DNA of 64,000 nt from a virus (lineage: Duplodnaviria > Caudoviricetes), in the IMG/VR virus record IMGVR_UViG_3300000203_000003, positions 32,001 to 96,000 of that record, one strand, 5' to 3'. This document shows positions 39,326 through 49,300 of the stretch, one piece after another. Each line of letters starts with the position of its first letter. Position 1 is the stretch's first letter. Under the pieces are notes generated by a model. That model saw nothing but the letters and a program-made list of their open reading frames with translations. It was not told the origin of the DNA and made no database searches. The position numbers and the translations under genes were made by a program.

Positions 39326-40531
39326 ATGGCAACTCGTAAACACAAAAAGACAGAAGACCACAGTCAAGTCAAGGCGCTGAACCCGCGTGATGTTGATCAA
39401 AAATATCTCGGCGACGAACCTCTGTTCGCCGAACAACCTGCAGCCGAGAATCGCAACTCAGCGATTGCCCGCGGTCTCGCATGGTATCATCGTTTCTACA
39501 CTCGCAAAGATGCCCGCGATATGCTGGCAACTTATCTTGACATTCATGAACGGACAGCAGATGCCAAAGTCATGCGTAAAGTCGATGAGGGCGAGTTCCG
39601 ACTGCCCACATTCGCATGGCTGTCTCGCATGGTCCTACGTGGTCTTGAACTGACAGAGCATGAAATGCTGTCATTGGAAAACGAAATCTCCAGGCTGCTG
39701 TTGACTATCAACAAGCCCGAAGTTAAGGTGACAAGCAAATTCACAACTGCGGCAAAGACTCCTGAACAGGCTGCAACTGCTAAGACAAACATCCAGGAGA
39801 CAATGCGTGAAAAGGCGCGTGAGGCTGCAGGTGAATTGGAGGGACTGTTTGATGACTACCTCACAGCAGGACAACCCACAAAACATTCGCTGCGTCCAAT
39901 GGATGAAGTGGCTAAGAAGAATGTCATGGTTCAACACATATCCATGCTCCGTGAAGTCTGGAACAAGAAACTTGCTGAAATGAATGAACTGCTCGAAGGC
40001 AAGGACGCTCAATTGGTTCAAGCGTACAGTCATTACAGCAAGCAACAAGTCAAGAATACGATCAAATTCATTGAGTTAATCATCAATGACCTCAATAGTT
40101 ATGTCAGTCTCAAAAAGACAACGAAAGCACCGCGCGCTCGTAAGGCGAGCCCGGTGGAAAAAACGGTCTCAAAAATGAAATATATGAAGGCGTTCAATGA
40201 CCCGGCAACAAAAGTAGATTTGATCAGTATCAGTCCTATTAAGGTACATAACGCCGAAGAAGTGTATCTGTATGATACCCAACTACGGAAGTTAACATAC
40301 CTAGTAGCCGATGAATATAGCAAAACTATGACTGTCAAAGGCACAACTATTTTGGGCTTCGACACAGCAAAAAGCCAGACAAAGACACTGCGTAAACCGG
40401 CAGAACAACTAAAGGAATTTCTGAAGTTGGGCAAACCGGCCGGACGAAAGTTTTTCGAGGCTATTCGGGCAGTAGCAACTATTCCCAAAGGTCGAACAAG
40501 CGACCGGACTATTATTTTGAAGGCGTCGTAA
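39326..40531 (+). CDS. phage hypothetical protein
   Basis: TTGACA-N17-TACAAT promoter at 39280; VKGTTILGFD..KTLRKP C-terminus. Confidence 0.75.
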   Translation: MATRKHKKTEDHSQVKALNPRDVDQKYLGDEPLFAEQPAAENRNSAIARGLAWYHRFYTRKDARDMLATYLDIHERTADAKVMRKVDEGEFRLPTFAWLSRMVLRGLELTEHEMLSLENEISRLLLTINKPEVKVTSKFTTAAKTPEQAATAKTNIQETMREKAREAAGELEGLFDDYLTAGQPTKHSLRPMDEVAKKNVMVQHISMLREVWNKKLAEMNELLEGKDAQLVQAYSHYSKQQVKNTIKFIELIINDLNSYVSLKKTTKAPRARKASPVEKTVSKMKYMKAFNDPATKVDLISISPIKVHNAEEVYLYDTQLRKLTYLVADEYSKTMTVKGTTILGFDTAKSQTKTLRKPAEQLKEFLKLGKPAGRKFFEAIRAVATIPKGRTSDRTIILKAS

Positions 40532-41234
40532 TCAACTGCCAACCCTTCACTGTCCTTACGGCACCGCGCACCATCTTATTGACGTTGCGCGATTCCAATT
40601 TATGACTGGTATAAAAATCGTGACGAGTTGTAAAAACTTCCTCTCCTGTATCTTTATGCCTAAAACCATATATTGTGTGATCATAACTGTGGTGCCTTCG
40701 CCCAGCAAAAGGGGATGTGCCATCCGGTTTGCGTGAAAAAGGATTGACATATCCCGGTATTAATGTTTTGGTTTTACTAACACTAGAACCATCTTCCCTC
40801 TTAAGGAGATTGTGTGTTTTATTCAGTACACGATCAATATTATGATTACTACCGTCCGGTCTAGTTTGCCATGGATGTGTTCCTTTCGTTACACGATCAG
40901 TTTGTACATTTGTTCCATCCGGTCTTGTCTGCCATGGATGTGTACCATTAATCACTTGTTGTAAATTTCTAGCCCGGTTGAGTTCAGATAATATTTCTGC
41001 AGGCATTGTCATTTTGCGCCCTATAAGCAGACATGCTCCGAAGTCTGATTGCCTATAATGAATATCATAATGCTCCTGGATACTTAGGGCTGCTAAATTA
41101 GATGGGCCATTGTTAGTACGATCACCATCTAAATGATGAATGTCATATGTGCGTCCGGTTACATCTTTTGGGATCGGACCGATATGGTTCTCGTATATTT
41201 TACGATACTTAGTTGTTCCACAATAAATACACAT
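40512..41234 (-). CDS. HNH homing endonuclease
   Basis: YDIHHLDGDRTNNGPSNLAALSIQEHYDIH; GTHPWQ repeats. Confidence 0.88.
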   Translation of the reverse strand: MCIYCGTTKYRKIYENHIGPIPKDVTGRTYDIHHLDGDRTNNGPSNLAALSIQEHYDIHYRQSDFGACLLIGRKMTMPAEILSELNRARNLQQVINGTHPWQTRPDGTNVQTDRVTKGTHPWQTRPDGSNHNIDRVLNKTHNLLKREDGSSVSKTKTLIPGYVNPFSRKPDGTSPFAGRRHHSYDHTIYGFRHKDTGEEVFTTRHDFYTSHKLESRNVNKMVRGAVRTVKGWQLITTPSK

Positions 41235-41299
41235 GCTGATGCCCTTTCACGGCGTTAGAGAGGGTGGGCCTGCCAGCCGCGACTCTCACTTTTATTTAT
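41235..41299 (+). ncRNA. endonuclease-associated two-hairpin element, copy 5
   Basis: CTGATGCC/GGCGTTAG; GAGGGT G GGC..GCC GCG ACTCTC ACT. Confidence 0.7.
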
Positions 41300-41355
41300 T
41301 CCGTTTTGATTGATTTCCTGTAAAAGATTATGTATAATCAAGTTTTAGGAATAAT

Positions 41356-41787
41356 ATGATCGATCTGAATAAGTATACCGAATTTGTCGAGGCTATTACA
41401 AGCCAAGCAAGCAATGATCTAACATCATTCACCAACTCAATATCCAGGGTTGATGCGAATTATGATGCCAATCAAGATAAGTATGGTCCCGATGTGAATG
41501 TGCCTTTGCTGATTACTGGTGCTATGGGTTTGTGTGGCGAAGCCGGTGAATTCAGTGAGATTGTCAAGAAGGTTTTATTTCATGGCAAAGAACTGAATGA
41601 AGAGGTCCATGCTCATCTGGTCAAAGAATTGGGTGATGTAATCTGGTACTGGACCAACACTTGTCGGGCACTCGGCGTTAACCCTAACGATGTGATCGCT
41701 CTCAATGTTTCAAAACTACAATCACGCTACCCGGGCGGAACATTCTCCGCTGCTGCCAGCGAGACTCGCAAAGAAGGCGACATCTAA
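41356..41787 (+). CDS. mazG: MazG-like nucleotide pyrophosphohydrolase
   Basis: GLCGEAGEFSEIVKK..KELGDVIWY..NVSKLQSRY. Confidence 0.88.
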   Translation: MIDLNKYTEFVEAITSQASNDLTSFTNSISRVDANYDANQDKYGPDVNVPLLITGAMGLCGEAGEFSEIVKKVLFHGKELNEEVHAHLVKELGDVIWYWTNTCRALGVNPNDVIALNVSKLQSRYPGGTFSAAASETRKEGDI

Positions 41788-42005
41788 TGATTAAATGGGA
41801 TGACGATCTTGTCCTCTTCAATGAGGAAGAATACAACAAACTCCCCGACGGAACTGAATTGACCTGCATTGACAAGTCGACCGTTATTAAGGGTAAGGAT
41901 GTTATCGACATGGATACTCGCGGTGGTCATATCGCTTTCGGTGTGAAGGATCCATGGAATCATCCCCTCAAGGATCTGTTCCTGATCTTTAAGTTAGTGC
42001 AATAG
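41787..42005 (+). CDS. small hypothetical protein
   Basis: TAATG coupling. Confidence 0.65.
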   Translation: MIKWDDDLVLFNEEEYNKLPDGTELTCIDKSTVIKGKDVIDMDTRGGHIAFGVKDPWNHPLKDLFLIFKLVQ

Positions 42006-42009
42006 CAGT

Positions 42010-42495
42010 AATAACTTGGCAATAGGTCGGCACACCTCGAAGTGTCCTACAACCTCGTCCTCAACCCATGGTGTGACGGTAGAAGCGCGCCAACGCTAAA
42101 TTTATAGGACTACCCTTCGGGATGCCTAAACGCCTGCTCACAGCAGTTCACGTTTCCTATACCTTAACGGTTGTGATAGAGTAATCTACGAAAAGTTTGT
42201 CACGCCAGAGTAATTGCGGTAGAGGGCGTGGGCTGGTTGAATCTCCTCGATGAACCACGGTTCAACATAACAGCGAATACAGCAAATCCCAGAAATGGTT
42301 AGTGAGACATAGACAATCCTCCACTATAATATTTGAATTCATCGTCGCACCTTCGGGCCTCAAGAATAGACCTATGGCGTAGTGGATTTATATCTACTCG
42401 CCATGCCTAAGAATAGATGTGAAGTCCCCGTTTAAGATATCATTAAAAAGACCCGAGCGAAAAAGCGAAGGGTTAAAGACCCGTAGGGTCTGTGT
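42010..42495 (+). ncRNA. candidate large structured non-coding RNA (unidentified)
   Basis: no ORF of 60 aa or more; nested long-range helices, two C(UUCG)G motifs, several hairpins. Confidence 0.5.
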
Positions 42496-42541
42496 TAAGA
42501 TGCGTGAATAAATGAATAGATCCGGGATGAAAAATCAAGGA

Positions 42542-42569
42542 AAATACTATGGCAACAGGACTCACTTTA
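42542..42569 (+). repeat. duplicated 5' end of neck gene (28 nt, 1 mismatch to 43833..43860)
   Basis: AAATACTATGGCAACAGGACTYACTTTA. Confidence 0.8.
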
Positions 42570-42612
42570 AAAGGTGTTATTTAACTGGACCTTTTTTCGT
42601 AATAAATATGTT

Positions 42613-43200
42613 ATGGCACATAACATATTAATATGCGGAGATAGTTTTGCTGCGGACTGGACAGTAAAGAGAGCAGGCATCGGCTGGCCCAATTTGTTAG
42701 CGAAAGATTTTAGCGTTACCAATCTAGCGCAAGCTGGGTGCAGCGAGTATAAAATCTTTAAACAAATTACGTCAGTTGATATTACCGCCTTCTCCCATGT
42801 GATAATATCACACACAAGCCCCCTTCGATTGGTGGTGAGGGAACATCCGGTGCATAAGACAGATTCGCTTCATCATAGCAGCGACCTAATATATGCTGAT
42901 ATAAAAGAACATAGCAAAAAATTCAAAAATCTACTTCCTATCGTTGATTATTTCGAGAATTATTTCGACATGGAATCTGCTGTGTTTATGCACACCTTAT
43001 TGTGTGAAAAGATATGTTCAATAACCAATGTGATCTATCCGAAAATTATTCACGTGGTTAATTCAGAATGGAGTAACCTTTACCAGTTTAAAGATATGCT
43101 GAATTTTGCTGAGGTGCACCGGGATAACCCAGGATATTTCAACCACTACTCCGCTATAGGTAATCACATAATATATGACATCATCAAACAACACTTATAA
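42613..43200 (+). CDS. SGNH hydrolase-like protein
   Basis: CGDSF, NLAQAGCSE, NHYS..GN. Confidence 0.7.
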   Translation: MAHNILICGDSFAADWTVKRAGIGWPNLLAKDFSVTNLAQAGCSEYKIFKQITSVDITAFSHVIISHTSPLRLVVREHPVHKTDSLHHSSDLIYADIKEHSKKFKNLLPIVDYFENYFDMESAVFMHTLLCEKICSITNVIYPKIIHVVNSEWSNLYQFKDMLNFAEVHRDNPGYFNHYSAIGNHIIYDIIKQHL

Positions 43201-43822
43201 GCGATTAATAGCGTTCGGGGCATCCGTAACATTCGGACACGGTTTAATCGATTGCTATAACTTCGACACCGCTGGCTCAGGCCAGACTCCTAGTAGGTTG
43301 TCATGGCCGGCTTTAGTAGCTGATGCTATGAATATAGAATGTGATAATCGGGCCGAGTGCGGCGCACCGAACTTAAAGATTTTATTAAACGTATTAAGCG
43401 CGGATACCTGCACTGCTGATCTTGTTATTATTTTATGGAATATTTCTGATCTTAGTATTCTATTTGACGATGTGGGGGAAATTATTCGCCTCGGCCCTAA
43501 TGAAAAAAATCAGATGCATCTGTGCAAAGAATTTTATATGGCCCATTCCGAATATGATTTAAGCGTGAGAACTCTACTGGACATTGGTCATTCAACTAAC
43601 TATTTGGAAAATAAAAACGTAACCGTATATAATTTTTATAATGATGAAAATTTACATAATTTTATTGCCGGCGCCGCCCTACCACTGCCACTAACCGGTT
43701 CTATCAGATACCTCGACGCATCAGTTAATCTAGATCAGGGTCTAGACGGTATCCACCCCGGTCCTCTCTCGCATGCAGCTATTGCAGACTTGATACTGAC
43801 ACACATAAGAACTGATAAATAG
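43175..43822 (+). CDS. SGNH hydrolase-like protein
   Basis: FGASVTFG, NRAECGAPN, DGIHPG..SH. Confidence 0.72.
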   Translation: MTSSNNTYKRLIAFGASVTFGHGLIDCYNFDTAGSGQTPSRLSWPALVADAMNIECDNRAECGAPNLKILLNVLSADTCTADLVIILWNISDLSILFDDVGEIIRLGPNEKNQMHLCKEFYMAHSEYDLSVRTLLDIGHSTNYLENKNVTVYNFYNDENLHNFIAGAALPLPLTGSIRYLDASVNLDQGLDGIHPGPLSHAAIADLILTHIRTDK

Positions 43823-43839
43823 AATATCAGGGAAATACT

Positions 43840-44604
43840 ATGGCAACAGGACTTACTTTAGAAGAACGCAAGCAACAACTATTCGATAACCTCAGCAACA
43901 GACTTGGTGCTGGGATTATCGATTTGGAAATCGATCCTGCTCACTATGAGACGGCATTCAATTACGCCGTTCAGGTGTATCGTCAACGGGCGCAGAACGC
44001 CACGGAAGAAACGTATACTCTGTTCACCACTGAAATCAACGTTGATACATACACGCTTCCGGAGCAGTTCATCAACGTCAGATCGTTATTCAGACGCACG
44101 GTTGGTCTTGATACTGGCCCTTCATCATCCTCATTCGATCCTTTCAGCAGTGCTATTCTTAACACATATTTGTTGAACTACAACGCCGCAGGTGGTCTGG
44201 CAACGTATGACTTCTATGCAGGCTACGTTGAGTTAGCGGCAAGAATGTTCGGTGGATATGTTATTTATACCTTCAACCCAGTCAGCAAAGTGCTGCGTAT
44301 CGTGCGTGACCCTAAATCGACTGGTGAGAAGATTCTTATCTGGGCCGACGTTCTGAAAACAGAAGAAACACTGCTACAAGACTTGGGTTCAGGTCCATGG
44401 ATCGGTGACTGGACTCTTGCTGAACTGAAGATCATCATTGGTAGTGCGCGTGAAAAGTTCAGCACAATCGCAGGTCCAGGCGGCGGCACCACTCTCAACG
44501 GTGCAGCAATGAAAGCAGACGGAGAGAAAATGAAAGAAACTCTTTTAGAAGACCTGAAACGCTTCGTTGACTATTCACAACCCCTAACCTGGGTAATCGG
44601 TTAA
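43840..44604 (+). CDS. neck protein (T4 gp13-like)
   Basis: RLGAGIIDLEID..REKFSTIAGPGGGTTLNG..WVIG. Confidence 0.8.
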   Translation: MATGLTLEERKQQLFDNLSNRLGAGIIDLEIDPAHYETAFNYAVQVYRQRAQNATEETYTLFTTEINVDTYTLPEQFINVRSLFRRTVGLDTGPSSSSFDPFSSAILNTYLLNYNAAGGLATYDFYAGYVELAARMFGGYVIYTFNPVSKVLRIVRDPKSTGEKILIWADVLKTEETLLQDLGSGPWIGDWTLAELKIIIGSAREKFSTIAGPGGGTTLNGAAMKADGEKMKETLLEDLKRFVDYSQPLTWVIG

Positions 44605-44661
44605 TAAAACACTTGCTTTTTCTGTAAGAAGGTTGTATAATCAACTCTCTACAGGAGTAGC

Positions 44662-45306
44662 ATGAATAAAATAATCTCAGTAAGCGGTTTCATTGGCAGC
44701 GGGAAAGATTCTGTTGCCGACTATCTAATCGCCAAACATGGCTTCAAAAAAGTAAGCTTTGCAGGAAGTCTCAAAGACGCAGTTGCATCAATCTTTAGTT
44801 GGGACAGAACTTTACTCGACGGTCTTACTGCTGAAAGTCGTGAGTGGCGTGATCAAATTGACCCATGGTGGGCAGAACGTCTTTCTATCCCAAAACTCAC
44901 ACCACGCTGGGTTCTTCAACAATGGGGCACAGAGGTATGTCGCCTGCACTTTCATATGGACATATGGGTAACAAGCGTAGAAAACAAGCTGCGAACCTCT
45001 GATCAAAACATCGTGATCACCGATTCCCGATTCAAGAATGAACTCACTTCAATCAAGAATGTCAACGGCACAACGATCAGGGTTCATCGCGGCGCAGAAC
45101 CTCATTGGTATGATGATGCAGTAGCTTACAACAAAGGGCCTGATGGTAATACCGGTTGGGCAACAGGGAAAGCGGTGCTTGATCGCCATCATGTTCATGC
45201 CAGTGAGTATAGCAGTGTTGGGTTACGATACGACTTCCATCTTGACAACAATGACACTCTGGTTGAACTCTACAAGAATGTAGATCACATTCTTAATCGA
45301 CTATAA
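44662..45306 (+). CDS. deoxynucleoside monophosphate kinase (T4 gp1-like)
   Basis: GFIGSGKD, SFAGSLKD, PRWVLQQWGTE, ITDSRFKNE, HASE. Confidence 0.9.
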   Translation: MNKIISVSGFIGSGKDSVADYLIAKHGFKKVSFAGSLKDAVASIFSWDRTLLDGLTAESREWRDQIDPWWAERLSIPKLTPRWVLQQWGTEVCRLHFHMDIWVTSVENKLRTSDQNIVITDSRFKNELTSIKNVNGTTIRVHRGAEPHWYDDAVAYNKGPDGNTGWATGKAVLDRHHVHASEYSSVGLRYDFHLDNNDTLVELYKNVDHILNRL

Positions 45307-46159
45307 GATCACCCCGGCGCCAAGTCACCTCTTTGCGCTTGACAACCTCGACACAGCACAGACAAATTGTTCTCAGGTTTGACAGTTCGATATTCTCCAG
45401 ATTCCCATCAGTGTGATAAACTAGAAGTTGACTTGGATAAATGGCGCGAAAACCGCATAGGTCACACACTACTTTCTTTTTATACTTGCTTCGTTGCCAG
45501 TTCGCCTTACGAGGCCGGAGATTGGCCTTCTTTCGGCCACACTCATCACATCTACTTCGATAGTGTGTGACTCCTGCACGGATATAGTTCACCGCACAGA
45601 AGTTCTTATTACATGTAGGGCAGATGGGTCTCAAATACAAAGCACAATCTGTCAGTGGTTCGTTTGCTGACATATGTAATTGATATTTTTTGTTATGTAT
45701 TGCTTTTTCTTTCTCTTTTTGTAGATAGTTACGATCCAATTCTGTGGGTATTCCATTTGCTATTCTGTCATTTCGCTCCTTGTTTATTCTTTCTTTTTCA
45801 ATCTTTCGCCGCTCAAGTAGTTTTTTATTTTTTGGTACCCCAAATCTTCCTCCTGCACCCATACGTCCGCCTTCAGCGATGTTCCATCCTATGTTCGGAC
45901 CAGGCCTCATGTCATTCTCAACCTCATAACAAAATACCTCTTGTCCTGTCATAATTATATCTTTGATGATAGCATTTTTTCCATAGTCCCGGATGGCTTC
46001 GATAAGATTAATATTATGATGTCTATTTTCAGATGCTCTGCGAATATGAGTAGCCATCCTGGATTCTGGATTCTTAGAAACACCAATGTAACCTTCATTC
46101 AATGGATCAGTGTGTTCAATAAGGTGTAACCAATAGACAGATGCTTCAGAATAATTCAT
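45293..46159 (-). CDS. GIY-YIG domain fused to a Cys-rich HNH-like domain
   Basis: SVYW..GYIGVS..GWNIAEGG; C-terminal CDLCGF..VYHTDGNLEN..NLRTICLCC. Confidence 0.75.
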   Translation of the reverse strand: MNYSEASVYWLHLIEHTDPLNEGYIGVSKNPESRMATHIRRASENRHHNINLIEAIRDYGKNAIIKDIIMTGQEVFCYEVENDMRPGPNIGWNIAEGGRMGAGGRFGVPKNKKLLERRKIEKERINKERNDRIANGIPTELDRNYLQKEKEKAIHNKKYQLHMSANEPLTDCALYLRPICPTCNKNFCAVNYIRAGVTHYRSRCDECGRKKANLRPRKANWQRSKYKKKVVCDLCGFRAIYPSQLLVYHTDGNLENIELSNLRTICLCCVEVVKRKEVTWRRGDLIVD

Positions 46160-46310
46160 GTCTTTATTTATCATTCTGGAAACAATTAACAATTAAACAT
46201 TAAAGGCACGGTTATCGACAATAACCGAACTTTTTTCAGCAAAAAGATAAATATTAGTATCATGCAAACAGGCCGTAAGCCTCAAAATTTTACTTAAAGG
46301 AAACAATAAA

Positions 46311-49300
46311 ATGGCATTAACATCACCAGGCGTAGAAGTCACAATCATTGACCAAAGCCAATATCTACCAGCACCGGGCGGTTCAGTTCCTCTTGTTATT
46401 TTGGCAACAGCGCAAAATAAGTCTGATGCTTCTGGTACTGCTGTTGCTGCTGCAACAACTGCAACAAACGCAGGCAAGCTGTTCCAAGTTACAAGTCAAC
46501 GCGACCTGGTCAACTTGTACGGTTCACCGTTCTTCTATTCTACAACGAATGGTACTCCTATTCAGGGTTACGAGTTGAACGAATACGGTCTACTTGCTGC
46601 TTACTCGTTACTCGGAGTTACTAATCGTTGCTACGTTTTACGTGCAGACATTGATCTGGCCAGCTTAGTTGGTCAAACAGGTCGTCCTACTGGTTTTGTT
46701 GATAACGGAACATACTGGTTAGACACAACTGATTCTACTTGGGGCATCTATCAGTTCAATGCGGGTACAGGCAAGTTCACACTTCAAAGCCCGATCGTTA
46801 TCACTAATCCCGATGATTTAACTGGCGGTGTTCCTCTGAACAGCATCGGTAATATTGGTGACTATGCAGTAAATACACTGCACACTTCGTCTTATCCTAG
46901 TGACCCTACATCAAGACAGTATTTTTACAAAACTACTCAAAATATTTGGACAACACTGGGTGGCGGATTATGGCGCGGCGACATTCCTACGGTTATCGGG
47001 AACAATGCGGTACCTTCCAATACTTTAGTCGCCGGTCAGTCATTCAATATCCATTGCAATGGTCTATATACTGCAACAATTACTGTGCCAGATGATGGCG
47101 GCGGCTTCGGTTCAGTGGGGAGCGTGGCCGGTGTTATCCAGACTCTGGGTTGGTCAACTTTAACTGCTTCAGTTCGAAGCGGTAAATTATGTGTATTTTC
47201 AAAACAGCCAAAAACAGGCGCGCCCGTATATTTAAATTTTAGTTCCAGTTCTGGTTCAGTACTGGCTGATATCGGAATTGCTGCAAACACAAATTTATAT
47301 CAACCTAGTCTAATTTACGGCACTTCTGCGGAAATGCCGCTGTGGTCGAGCAGTCAGACGTACCCAAGACCAACCGGGTCTGTATGGATTAAAGTCGGGG
47401 CAGCGGGTAACGGACTGCAACCAGTCGTATCTAAATTTAATTCTACCACTCAACTATGGGTGAACAAGAATGTTTCTTTATACACATCAGACTGGGCTGC
47501 TAATGCAGAATTAGATGGATCAGGCGGTGCCGGCATTGCTGCTGGTACGGTGTATGCTCAATACAACTTTGATCTTCAATACCCTTTAGGACCAGTTTAT
47601 CTATACGAAAGATTGGCGACCGGCCCGACAGTAGTTACAGGAACAACAATTCCTACAACGTTCAGTGCAGGCACTATTACAGTACAAGTTAGCACCCCTA
47701 GCGGCCCTAACTTAACAACCGCGCAAACAGTAACTATTACAGCACCGCTAGGCGCACAAGGCGCTGTCGGCTTCGTTACAGCATGGTCCGCTGCTAATAT
47801 TCTTTATACGACAGCAAGCGTTACTACAGACGGCGCAATTCAACTAACTCACACTGAAGGCGGAGCAATTGTTCTAGATGACTCGATCGGCGGGGTTAGT
47901 AACGGAATAATCGCTGCAGCAGGATTTGTAGTTAATTCTACTACTGGATGCAAATATGGGCCTAGTGTTACCGCTGTCTTCAGTAATGCACCGTTAGTCG
48001 GCGGCCCCGGTACAAATGGTGAAGCAAGTGTCACCTCAGTCACAGGATCATATATTTTAAACGGTGCTGGTGTCGGTGGAAATGCGGGCACCGGTTACAC
48101 AGTGGGAGATGTGCTTACTGTGCTAGGTTCTTCGCTAGGCGGAATTACTGGAGTAAACGATCTAGTAGTTGAGGTTGCCGCAGTCGGCGGATCGACTAAT
48201 ATCACAGCATTGGCATATGTGTCAGGTGCACCTTCTGCAATGTATACTACTCAATTGAGTAATTGGGTTGATTTTGACTATATCTCGAACGAGGGCCCGC
48301 CTGTCGCTGACCCTGTTAACAACAAGAACTGGTTCTACAGCGTCACTGACGAAGTTGATATCATGGTTCAAAAGGGCGGCGCATGGGTTGGTTATGGCCA
48401 GACTAACTACGATAGTTCGGGTTTCCCGACGACAGGTGTTAACGCAACTGACCCGATGGGCCCGATCATTTCTGCATCTTCCCCGACTGTTCAGAATGAT
48501 GGATCAGTATTAGTTTATGGTGATCTTTGGATCGATACAAGTGATCTTGAAAACTATCCAGTTATCTCTCGTTGGGAAGCAGTAGGTGATGTTGGTAGTC
48601 AAGTTGATCAATGGGTTCTGTTAGATAACTCTGACCAGACTAGTTCAACTGGTGTTCTATTTGCAGATGCTCGTTGGGCAACGGCTGATACAGTAAGTCC
48701 TACTCAGGATCCGATGGCAACTATCCCAGCATTGCTACAAAGCAGATATCTTGATCTGGATGCTCCTCAGGCAACTCTGTATCCACAAGGCATGTTATTA
48801 TTCAACACACGCCGCTCAGGTTACAACGTCAAGCAATATCGTTCAGCATACTTCAACATGACTGACTTCCCAGGAGAAACACTTCCTACAGAGAAGGCAG
48901 CATGGGTTACAGTAAGCGGTAATCAATCAAATGGTTCACCGTACATGGGTCGCAAGGCACAACGTGCTATGGTTGTTGAAGCAATGAACGCAATAGTGTC
49001 TACTAACACAGACATCCGTGATGACGATAACTTCTTCAATCTGATGGCAGCACCTAACTACCCAGAACTACAACCTGGTATGGTTACGCTGAACAATGAT
49101 CGTGGTATGACTGGCTACATCATCGGTGACACACCGCTAAGATTAGCAGCAAGCGCAACTGACATTCAAGCTTGGGCTACTAATGCAGCTGGTGCTACTG
49201 GAACAGGCGAAGCAGGTTGCGTAACACGCGACACTTACTTAGGTCTGTTCTATCCAAGTGGTATTACATCTGACTTGTCAGGTAACTTGGTTGCAGTGCC

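Noticed and set aside
41235-41299. Hammerhead ribozyme (CTGATG present)
   Set aside because: CTGATGA and GAAA core not present or conserved in the five copies
42010-42495. tRNA, tmRNA or group I intron
   Set aside because: No cloverleaf/T-loop ends, tag frame or recognisable P7 elements, and it does not interrupt an evident gene
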